In this document: positions 1 to 11,871 of the stretch, piece by piece | Layout of the letters: every line of letters starts with the position of its first letter | Numbering within the stretch: position 1 is the first letter of the stretch | Source: Octopus sinensis | Lineage: Eukaryota | DNA length: 64,000 nucleotides | Reading direction: 5' to 3' | Assembly (NCBI RefSeq): GCF_006345805.1 | Contig: NC_043014.1 | Span: 33,232,001-33,296,000 of the forward strand | The notes under the pieces: model-generated | Told to the model about the DNA's origin: nothing | Databases searched by the model: none | Seen by the model: only the letters and a program-made list of their open reading frames with translations | Position numbers and translations under genes: made by a program

Positions 1-1027
1 TACTTCACTTGGTGAGCTTACTGCTGCTACTGGTACCACCACATAAAAAGCACCCAGTCCACTCTGTAAAGTGGTTGGTCTCAAGAAGGACATTCAACTG
101 TAGTAGAGCCTTGCCAAAGCAGGCAGCAGAGCCTTGGTGCAATCTTCTGACTTGGCCAATTCCTGTCAAACTACCCAACCCATGCCAGCATAGAAAACAG
201 ACATTAAATGATGATGATGGTGATGATGATGATGATGATTTTCTCTTCACACCAGTTGTTGCCATGATGATAATCTTTGTCATGAGGTAAATTTTACCCT
301 TTTATCCCTCTTTGACTCTTGTACAGCATGACAGACAAGCTATTATGAAATCTGACTTTTTCCATTCTTTTCTCTCTTGACATTCACTCCTTCTGTGTTT
401 CTTTATTTTTCCATACCATTTGCTTTGTGTTTTTCAAATTTTTCCATTACGTATGCTCACTTCTGTTTTTCGTCAATAATTTAACTCATTACCATCCACT
501 CCCCACCCATACAGTTCATCATACCGCTTTAGCTGCTGGCCTCTTCTTCAGTATGTTTACATCCAGTCCACAAGCTCAAAAGACCTGATCTAGAATAACT
601 TTCCCAGGCTTAGCTTTTATACATTGAAGAATGTGGTAATTTATTCAAGATGGATGCATTCGTATACAATATATCCTTGCCATGGCTCAACGTTTACTGT
701 AACAGCTGGTTGCAGAAATGATGAAATATCTTGCGCAATATTTCTTAGTTTCATGTATAAATCACATGCAAAAAAAAAAGAGTGGTATATAAAAAAAGTG
801 CAACTTATATACACAAATAAATAATCTATTTATGTTTGTGTGATGTGTGTATAACAAAACAGGAAATTGAAAATTTTTTCTTATTTATTCACCATTACAT
901 GTGTTTCATTTGCTAATAGAAATTACAAAGTTTTACATGTTAGATAGACATGTAAGGAATTTTCCTGTTAGAAATTCTTGACAGAGAAATCATATAGTGC
1001 ATATACATGTGTGTGTGTGTATATATA

Positions 1028-1223
1028 TTACTCTTTTACTTATTTCAGTCATTCGATTGGGGCCATGCTGGAGCATCGCCTTTAGTTGAGCAAATCAACC
1101 CCAGGACTTATTCTTTGTAAGCCTAGTACTTATTCTATCGGTCTCTTTTGCCGAACCACTAAGTTACGAGAACGTAAACACCGCAGCATCGGTTGTCAAG
1201 CGATGTTGGGAGGACAAACACAC

Positions 1224-1286
<63 letters not shown>

Positions 1287-1447
1287 TACAACGGGCTTCT
1301 TTCAGTTTCCGTCTACCTAATCCATTCACAAGGCTTTGGTCGGCCCAAGGCTATAGTAGAAGACACTTGCCCAAGGTGCCATGCAGTGGGTCTGAACCCG
1401 GAACCATGTGGTTGGTAAGCAAGCTACTTACCACACAGCTACATCTG
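1028..1447 (-). mobile_element. tRNA-derived SINE family A (CORE-like; octopus OR/OK-type)
   Basis: Head tgtggtaagtagcttgcttaccaaccacatggttccgggttca followed by ccttgggcaagt, internal microsatellite, tail gaaataagtaaaagagtaa; many other copies (9362-9762, 10655-11310, 20430-20755, 24443-24765, 31530-31918, 48400-48552). Confidence 0.85.
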
Positions 1448-2118
1448 TTGCCACTTTTGTGTGACTGTTCTATGCAGAACAAATGTTACTGCATTTTAAC
1501 CCCAGGAAAATATCTTTTCCTGCTGGTTAACGACTCACTGTTACTATGTGAATCTCTTTCAGAGATTTTAAAACCAGCTACTTTACCTTTTTGTAAGATC
1601 AGTGACTGATTGTTGCTTCTCTGTTTATATATTATGAGTAAGGACGGATAGCTGCTATCTTTAGCCGGCAAATGTCCAGTACTGAAACAAGTAAAAGAAA
1701 AAAATGTATATATGTATCACTGTATCCAACAGACTGTAGGATGTTGTTTTACATTGTTGTTCACAATGCGCTTCCTGACACCCTTGTAGCTTGTGTATGA
1801 TGTCACCCAACTGGCTAGGCAGGCAGTGGGTTGACATCATTCCCTCTGAATAGAACACCGGTCTTTTGCAAGGTTACTTACTTACAGCCAAGTGGACTGG
1901 AGCAATGTGTGATGAAGTGTTTTGCTGAAGAACACAATGTACCATCACTCTGGAAATTGAAACCACGATCTTGTAATTGTGAGCGCAACGTCCTAACCAC
2001 TAGGCTATGTGTCTTCACACACACACATAAATGCACATAATGCTTAAATGATTCATTTCTCATGAACATATCATCAACTTCATCATCAAGATGGCATGCC
2101 GCAGACTGCTAACCTTAA

Positions 2119-2336
2119 CCCTTTAGTGTTCTGATTATTCTATCAAACACAATGCTTATTGATTCACATTGATTCGAATTAATCATGCATTATCCCATAT
2201 CTTCAAGATCTTGATGGTGTAATTACCTAATGTAGAATAACATTGTAGGGTAGGTGTGAGAGCCTGGATCTTGTCAGTTTGAACATAAACAGATTAGATA
2301 TTTTGGCCGGATATGGCCGGTTTAAATACTAAAGGG
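2119..2336. mobile_element. piggyBac-like MITE
   Basis: TTAA-CCCTTTAGT...ACTAAAGGG-TTAA terminal inverted repeats with TTAA duplication; related copies near 14070-14300, 23245-23962 and 25120-25345. Confidence 0.75.
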
Positions 2337-2423
2337 TTAAAGATTCTTGTTTGTTTCCTTATTTAATGTGTCCCTGGTCGATTATTCATGCTAACTTTGT
2401 CGATCTTCTTTCTTTCTTTGAAG

Positions 2424-2585
2424 GGGTGCCGGACCAGGATGTAATTCAAGAGAAATATCAGATCGCCTTGTTAATTTGAAAAAAGAGATTGAAAGTCTAG
2501 AAGAAAGAGAAAAACAATTGGACAAACACAAAAGTTGGGTCCAACAGAGTATTAAAAATGTCATAGAGGAAGTTTCTAATAGTCA
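2424..2585 (+). CDS. E2F4: E2F4/5 exon, coiled-coil/dimerisation region
   Basis: tttgaag|G GGT GCC GGA CCA..; encodes [53 protein letters not shown]; donor GTATCCTTT. Confidence 0.93.
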
Positions 2586-5500
2586 GTATCCTTTACAAGC
2601 TGATGGAGATTTCTTGTATTTTTTTCTTTAATTTCTTCCGTATCTTGAATTAACTTTTTATACAAATAATAGTCATTATAATATACGACAACGACGATAA
2701 CAAGTTCAATTTCTGGCCATGCATTGGGTCCTTGAGCAAGACACTTTATTTCATGTTGCTCCTGTACACTCACCTGGCAAAAATGAGTAGTACCTGTATT
2801 TCAAAGGGCCAGCTTTGTCACATTCTGTGCCACGCTGAATCTCCCTGAAAAACTGTGAAGTGCTCAGCCACATGAGCAGGTTGTTCTGTTGATTGGATTA
2901 ACTGAAACTCTTGCTGTTGTCCATGCAAGAGTTATTTCCCTTGGTTGTTTTCCTTCACACTTTTTTCTCTAGGTTGGCATATGTTAGCTATGAAGATATT
3001 TGTAAAGTGTTCCCTGATTGCACATTGTTATCCATACAAGCACCTTCAGGGACAAAATTGAGAATTCCAGATCAAAAAGGTGTAAGTAAAAATTCTTGCT
3101 TTCATTATACGTATCTATATTTTTTAAAACTTCCATCTTTCTCCCTATTCTAACTTGGTTGGTATTCAACACTTTGTGGGCATTTATGAGTGGTAGGCCT
3201 CGTATGTCATCTACTTTAATACAACTACTTGGTGTTTTAGGTTCCTTTTACTTGTGACACACCTAGTATGCTTCTAAATTTAATATTGGGTTGTCTGGAA
3301 AGTTCGTACCTATTTATAGTAGCTTACCTTTCGACTTATTTTAGAACATGGTTGAGTCCTTAAAATAGGATTTGACTACACCTCTATTTAGAGCACAGTT
3401 TAAGCTATCTTTTCGTGGAAGAAAGTTTATGTTCCTATTACCTGTGTTAATTCTGTAACCCTTTAAAATGGAAGGTAAGAAAGTTCATTTTCGGCACTTG
3501 ATGCTTTGGTAACCAGACAAAAATTGCTGCAGCTCGACTGGGATGTGTTACCCCACCCTCCATATTCACCAGATATTGCTCCTTCGGATTTCCACTTATT
3601 CAGGTCTCTGCAGAATAGTCTTAATGGTAAAAATTTCAATTCCTTAGATGACGTAGAAAGATACCTTGAATTCTTTGCCATGAAACCACCTCAATTCTGG
3701 GAAGAGGGTATTTTCAAGTTAAAGGAAAGATGGAGATGCATTGTGCAACAAAATGGTTCATATTTGGTTGATTAAAAATGTAATGGCAAGTATTTATTGA
3801 CCTTTTTCTTTCCTTTAAAAATCGGCACGAACTTTCCGGACAACCTAATACAATCACCTGATCTGAATTATTCAGAATTACTACTATTCTAAATGGCTTG
3901 GAGGATCAGTTAAGTTACATATTCCACTTTTGGCATGGTTTTTTTTTTTCAGGCTGGATGCCCTTTTTCGCATCAGCTACTTTACAGAGTGTACTGTGTG
4001 CATTTTGTCATGGGACCAGCAGTAAAGAGGTTACTATGTCCTCAAACTGAAGAGTCCTCTTGATGCTACGTTGTCTCTTCTCATTTGCCAGCTACTTTAC
4101 AAAGGGATCTGGGTACATTTTATTTGGCAACTGCACAAGTGAGGTTGCCTTGTCGCCTGCACAATGCAAAAATTCTCACTTGTCTGTGTTGTCTCTGTTC
4201 ATTCATGATAACGGTAGACTGGGGGAATTGTTATCTTGGTTGGTTGCAGGTGGTGGTTGGTAACAGTAATGGCATCTGGCCATAAATTTTTTTTATTTCA
4301 TTGAAGTCTTCTATGATTCATGCAGGCCTGGAAAAGTACATGTGAAAACGAGGATAATGGTGATGATGATGATATATGTATATCATTATCATTGTTTTTT
4401 ACTTTTTTTTTCTTTGCTAGCATGGGTTACACGACACTTCTCAGGTGTTGTTCTGTAGTGAAATACTTTTCCTGAAACCTTTATTCATTTTCAAATTGCA
4501 CGCTGAGCCACTAAGTTATTGGACTTAGGTTTATGTGAAAGATATCACCACTGCCCAAATGATGGAGATACTTCCCAGTCCCACTCACATACAAGCACAG
4601 ACATGTGTGTATGTTTGTGTTTTCATATGTAATAAATGACAGAATCTAAATGATAATAATGGTGATATATATTACATCCTCTCAAATATGTTATCATTCT
4701 TAGTATCTTCTCATATCTGCTATCAACACCCTCTCCCACTTATTACCCACTCTCTATAGTTAACCCTATGTATCTCTGACTTCCATCTCTGTCACTGTAT
4801 ATCTCACTCTCTTCCTCTCCTACTCTCCTTCCTTGCAAGTCTTCTCCCTATTTTCCGACCTGTGCACATGCTTATTATACTGCAATTTCCCCACCCTTCT
4901 TATATTGCTACTCATCACTTTTTCTTTCTTGAGCCACTCCCCTATCTTTCACCTCCCCCACCCTCATACTGATATTTACCATTGACCATACATCAACCTC
5001 TTGTTCATCATTCACTACATTCATCTCTACCCCACCTCCATCATTAACTGTCTGTCATTCTCCCCTCATACTCCTATGAGCTTCTCTCCCACCCTTCCTG
5101 ATCCCCTGCCTATGCTGTCCCTTATACTCACCTTGTTGTGCCTTGAAACTACTCTTTAACACCTCCTCACCATATGTTTGTCTCCCTCTTAGCTATTCTC
5201 ACCCACTCCTATATATAGCAAGACACTTGTGTCTGTCTCTGTCTTACTTTATAGCCTCTCATCACCTGGCATAAAGCCACCACCCTCTTTACCACCTGTC
5301 GCTGTTGAGAGGGCTCTTATTCTGTCTTGTAAGTTACTTGGCTACTTCACTAATGTCAGTGTCATGAATAAAGCAGCCAGTGCACTCTGTAAAGTGGTTG
5401 GCATTTTGAAGAGAATCTAGTTGTAGAAACCATGCCAAAGCAGATGACATTGGAGCTTAATGTAGCTCTCTAGCTCCTTGGATCCTGTCAAACTATCCGA

Positions 5501-8500
5501 CTCATACCAGCATGAAAGATGGATGGTAAATGATGAGGATGGTGATAATGATGAACATATATATGTGTGTGTGTGTTATAATCCTTAAAATGTTTGATTG
5601 TTATAACCCTGACTTCGGTATACAGTATACTTAGTAAACCGCCTACTACATACACTGGTACTTCATATTTTTTTTATTGCCCACAAGGGGCTAAGCATAG
5701 AGAGGACAAACAAGGACAACAAAGGGATTAAGCCGATTACATCGACCCCAGTGCGTAACTGGTACTTAATTTATCGACCCCAAAACGATGAAAGACAAAG
5801 TCGACCTCTGTAGAATTTGAACTCAGAATGTAACGGCAAGCGAAATGCCGCGAAGCATTTCACCTGGCGTGTTAATGTTTCTGCCAGCTCACTTTAAAGT
5901 ACTAATATAGTATGCGGTCTGCCACGTTGTCAAACAGGGTTATCTACCTTATCTTTCAGATAGTTCAGAGATCATTTTTTTTCAGAATCATAGTTTTAGC
6001 ATCTATCCATGATCACTCAGTGGCCTGAGTGTGTGCTCTGGTCACTGGATCCACATAGTGTTGTTGATGGTTCACTGTCAGATGGTGATAACCTATGACA
6101 TTTGAATAATTATTAGTGGGCCATTCATCTGAATGAATTAGTGAACCTTTTTCATATTCTCTTTCAATAATTTGGATCAGACTGTTCTTGTCACACTGTT
6201 CCACACAAAAGTATTGACAATCTGAGCCTTGATTGGGACCAAAAACCCACAGCCCATCAATTCTACATCCATGGTTCCTGTTGTTTCATTGTTCTGCATC
6301 ACTGTCTTTGAAGAGAGGAGTGTTGTTACCGTTCAGCATTCTTCCTTGATAGTATTTTCGTCGAGCAGCAAATCTTGCTTCGTTGATCTGAATGAGGTTA
6401 TTGTTTGTTCCAACCATCTTCCCTTATCGTTCATGATATTATACTATGGCTCCACACACCTTGCAACACATATTGTACCACTCAGTTATTGTATTGATTT
6501 TCCTGTTAGAGTCACTGCTGTGGTCATGGGTATATCCATTACAAAGAAAAATATTGGTTCTAAAATCTCACTCAGGCTCAGCTTGCTGTTTAATTTATTG
6601 TTAATGTCTGTTGTTGGCATCTTTTTTGTCTCGGGAGACAATGGAGTTGCGCATAAAGTAGTCTAGTCCGGCTTTTACATTTCATGTCCTGATACATTTC
6701 CTGCTGTGGCTGTGTAGTCCTATCTGTTACCTCCCGTGTTGTTTCTGCAGCTTTTTACAGCAGCACTGAAATGTCCTCTCCAGTTTTGCGCAGGCCTGGG
6801 CTAGAGATAAGAAAGTCCTGGGTAGCCCAATCGTCAGGTTTTCTCTCTCGACCTTGCTGATGTAGTCCGAAGGAGTGCAGTGCATTACGTTTGGCACCAG
6901 CTTGGTTGCAGGAGCTGCCGGAAGAGTGTCGAGTCGAACACTAGACCGCCTTCGGGGCTCCACTCCGGATTTCTTTGAAGGTTGTCTCCTTTCCGTAACC
7001 CTGGATAGGGGCCCATACCGGGTACTGTCAGCCGGAGCCAGCTGAGCCCGGAACTTGTGTCAGGCAGGGTCGTCACTCCCTGAAGTAGTGAAGAAGTTCG
7101 CTACCCACTACCTAATGTCTGTATAATGGAAAAAATTGGTTTCCTTTATTAACTGAACGTTTAAGGTAGATAACCCTGGCTTTACTGTTTGAGACGTGGT
7201 AGACCGCATACTAAACTAGCACCTACTTCTCTTTACTTATGGTGACTAGGTTATTCCATTTGTCATGTGGGAGGGGTGTACCATTATTACTAATTCCCTA
7301 CAACATCTCCCCTCTTGCCTACCAAAAAAATGTTAACAATGGGTACACAAGCAAAGTAGTATGATCTCAGGCATGCTGACAGAAAAGGTAGGTTTCATAT
7401 GTACAAGATGTAGTACGGGAGTGGTTAGCAATTAGAATACCCACAAAATAAATTTTTGTCAAATACTTGAAAGGCTCTCAAGAAGTGATTGATAACTTCT
7501 GTTGTCTAGGTGACCTAATTAGCAGTGGAGATGGGTATTCCAAAAGCTTGGTAACTAAGAGAAGAACGGTAGAGAAAGTTCAAGGAACTGTTATGACAGA
7601 TTGCAAGGAAAGGATTCATTCTCCAAGTAAAGATCAGATTGTAGAATTGGTGTTTACTACGTACATTGCTTCTGAGTTGTGAAATATGAGCAATGAATGA
7701 AACAATGGCTGAAGAATTCTTAGTTGAATGAATCGACCTCAGTACTTTTTTTTCTTTTAAGTCTGATGTTTATTCCTTTAGTCTCTTTTGCTGAACCACT
7801 ACAGGTAGAGGTGTAGCTAGGGAAAATGGCGCCCAGGGCAAGCATCAAAATTGTGATACCCTCCGCCAAACCAAAAAGCAGCACATGCATTTTGTGAGGT
7901 CAAGTAAGAACACCTATTCAGTCTAGTGGCATGGATGGCAATAAGCAAAACAAACCATGCATGAAAAGGTTAAAAAATTTTTTTTAATGGCTTAATTAGA
8001 AAATGATCTTGGACAAAATTGCGCCTACCCCCTCAAAGTGGCGCCCAGGGCATGTGCCCTGCTTGTCCCATCCTAGCTACACCCCTGGTTATGGGGATAT
8101 AAACACACTAACACCAGTTGTCGAGTGGTTGTGGTAGCAATGGTGGTGTTGGTGGTGGTATGTATGTATGTATTAATGTTTGTATGTATATATGTATGTA
8201 CGAGCAAAATGCCCCCCGTCCAATGGCCGGTGCTGAGTTGTCAAACATTTAAACCAAATTTTCTCAAAACAACTTATCTGACCGTCCCATAGGCCTCCCC
8301 TTTGAGAAACACTGATTTAACCTAAATTTGAGACACCAGCAAAAGAAGAAATAAAGATAGACTTTTCTTCTATTCCAAAGAAAAACGATTTTATTCACAC
8401 AAATATGCAACCAAGGAGTTTAAAGTAACAGTAATGATGAGGCTGTTGACTGGGAGAACACAAACATGGTTTAAACAGTAAGCTTGGAAGGAAAGAAACG

Positions 8501-11500
8501 TGCCTTTAAGCAGTACAAAAACAACAAGAAATGGAAGGTGCAGTTATGTACAGGTTGACAGAAGAAAAGCAGAACAAAAACGGCTTTATCGATCACATTC
8601 TCACCTGGAATCGAATTTTGTAATTTTTTCAATACTTATACATGTCCTGATACTGTCAGTATCTACATATCAAATTTGAGCGCAATCGGATGGCGGATGC
8701 CCGAGATCCAAGAAGACACACACACAGACAGACAGAACGGATTTTATATAAGAGATTTGTATGTTTGTATGAATGTATATATCTGTATGTATGAATGTAT
8801 ATATCTGTATGTATGTATTCATATATATATGTATGCATGTTCATATGTTTGTATGTATGTATATATACTTGTGTGCATACTTGCATGTATGTATGTATTT
8901 ATGTCTTTGTTCAAAGCTGACCATTCACTTCTTGGCTACTCTGAGTTTCTTGCTTCTGTGTGTTCATTCATGCAACAAAGCGATATCAAAAATAAATAAA
9001 TGAAAAATAAAAACAAAAAAATGCTTCAATTCTTCCCGTTTTTTTTTTTTTTTTTCATAGAATTACCAAATCTATTTGAAGAGTAATTCTGGTCCTATTG
9101 ATGTGATGTTGGTGAACAAAGACAGTGAGGCTTCAGCGCCTGAAGTTGATCAGTTGCCTCCTTTCCAAGATGATACGAAAAAGATAGAAATTCTACAGAA
9201 CACAGTGAAACAAATCCAGAATCCTTCGGTTCTGGATACGAAATGTGTTCTGAAGACACAGCAGAAACTGAAAAAAGTAAATAAATCTTTATCTTGTTTT
9301 ATTTATAAATATGTTTTCAATTGAATTTTTTATTTGTTATTTAGTTTTTCTTTTAATTCTATCTTTTACCTGTCTTGCTCATTAGACTGTGGCCATGCTG
9401 GGGCACCATTTTGAAGAATTTCAGTCAAATGAATCTACTCTAGTACTTTTGTTTTTTAAGCCTGGTACTTATTCTATCTGTCTTTTGCTGAACTGCTAAG
9501 TTACAGGGATGTAAACACACCAACACTGGTTGTCAAGCGACGATGGGGGTCAAACACAGACACAAAGATACACACACACACACACACACGTACATACACA
9601 ATGGGCTTCTTTCAGTTTCCTTCTACCAGATCCACCCACAAGGCTTTGCTTGGCCCAAGGCTATAGTAGAAGACAATTGCACAAGGTGCCATGCAGTGGG
9701 ACTGAACCTGGACACATGTGGTTGGGAAGGAAGCTTCTTACCACCCATCCACGCCTGCACCTGTGAAGTGGGTGATCTGTGATTGCTGTCAACATTGTCG
9801 TTATAATCATTAAAGTGTTGGAAAAATTATCACATGATATTTCTTTTGGCTCTTTGCATTTTGAGGTCAACTTTACCATTCATCTCTCCAGGGTAGATGA
9901 AATGAAGTTATGGTCTCTAATACTGGGGGTTGATGGTGTTGACCGACACACCTCAAAATTGCTAGTCTTGTAACTATATTAAAAAGAATTATTATTATTT
10001 TTATTATCATTATTAAGGCAGCGAGCTGGCAAAATTGTTAGCATGCTAGGTGAAATGCTTAGAAGCATTTCATCCGTCTTCATGTTCTAAGCTAAAATTC
10101 CACCAAGGTTGACTTTGCTTTTCATCCTTTCAGGGTCAATAAATTCAGTACCAGTGAAACCCAGGGCTCAGTGTCAATGACTAGCCCCTTTCCCGTAAAA
10201 TTTCAGGCCTTGTGCCTTTAGTAGAAAGGATTATTATTATTATTATTAATATTATTATTAAGTTCGTGAGCTGGCAGAATTGTTGACATGCTGGGCAAGG
10301 TGGCATCTCCTCTGTCTTTACGTTCTGAGTTCAAATTCCACTGAGGTCAACTTTGCCTTTCATTATTTCCGGGGTCGATAAATTAAGTACCAGTGAAAAA
10401 CACATGTCAATGTAATCAACAAATCCCTACCCCAAAATTTCGGGCTTTGTGCCTTTAGTATAAAACAATTATTTTCATTATTATCAATAATGATAATAAT
10501 AATAATAAGACAACCTGGTAGAATGACTGCACACTGGAAAAATGCTTAGCAGCATTTTCTTCCATCTTTACATTCTGAGTTCAAATTCCTCGAAGGTCAT
10601 CTTTGCCTTTCATCCTTTTGGATGAATTAAAATCTGATAATGAAGCAAGTCATTTTTACTGCAGCCATGCTGGGGCACCCACCGCCTCAAAGGGCTTAGC
10701 CAAACAGATCCTCCCCATGACTTTATTTTTTAAAGCCTGGTACTTATTCTGTCAGTCTCTTTTGCTGAACTGCTAAGTTATGGGGATGTAAACACACCAA
10801 TGCCAGTGGTCAAGCAGTGGTGGGAAACAAACACAGACACATAGACACACACACATAGATATATACATATACTAGCAGTATAGCCCAGTGTTGCTCAGGA
10901 TTGTTTTCTTTTCAACCCTTTAGAATTGGAATTTTTGAAAAGTAAAAATTTTGCATTATGTAGCTTGTTATTCTCTTTAAGTGAACATTTTTCTGGTTGA
11001 AAAATGGCGACACAGTAAAAAAATCGTAAAAAATAGGGATTTTCATAGAAAAAAAGCACCTTTTTGATGTAAATAATTTTTGGTGTTAACATGGTCCGAT
11101 TTGAATTTTTTCTTCTACGGAAGGAAGAACAAGCCTTCTTCTATCATACTTTCAATTTTAGTCAACTTGCGCCACAGGGTCTCGGAGGAGATAGTGTTAG
11201 TTGAAGGCTACAAAACCTGCCATACACAGACAACTTCAGCTTTATATATATAGAGATATACTATGGACTGCTTTCAGTTTCTATCTACCAAATCCACTCA
11301 CAAGGCTTTGGTTCCCCCCCACAAAATCTTAAATGGACTCTGGTTGAGAACCACTGATTTTAACGATTTTCATTCAAATCCTTCTTGTATATTTTGACAC
11401 CTCCCTCTTCATTGGTTTTTCTAGCTGAGTCCACTTTGGTTTCTATTTATTTGTTTCATCTTTCAGAAATCTCCCGTGAAATCACCTCTATCTCCTGCCA

Positions 11501-11840
11501 ATCGAATGGCCACAAGATCATCTCCTCGGAAAGCTGCTCAAAGTCATAATCCAGTACAGATATCACCCCTTGTTTCAGGTAAGAGAGGCATTTTTTTTGA
11601 TGATTTTTTTTTTTTAGCATCATCAAATTTTCTTTTACTTGTTTCAGTCATATGACTGTGACCATGCTGGGGCACCGCCTTGAAGGATTTTTAGTTGAAT
11701 AAATCAACCTGAAGCCTTATTTTATGAAGCCTAATATTTATTTTATCAGTTTCTTTTGCCAAACTACTAAGTGACAGGGATGTAAACATACCAATACCAG
11801 CTGTCAAGTGATGGTGGGAGACAAACACACACACACATGT

Positions 11841-11871
<31 letters not shown>

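Noticed and set aside
6229-6666. 145-aa + strand ORF
   Set aside because: Antisense to the degraded Merlin transposase; no recognisable motifs
6857-6880. CTGATGTAGTCCGAAGGA, resembling a hammerhead core plus stem II
   Set aside because: Extra base in the core and no GAAA after the stem
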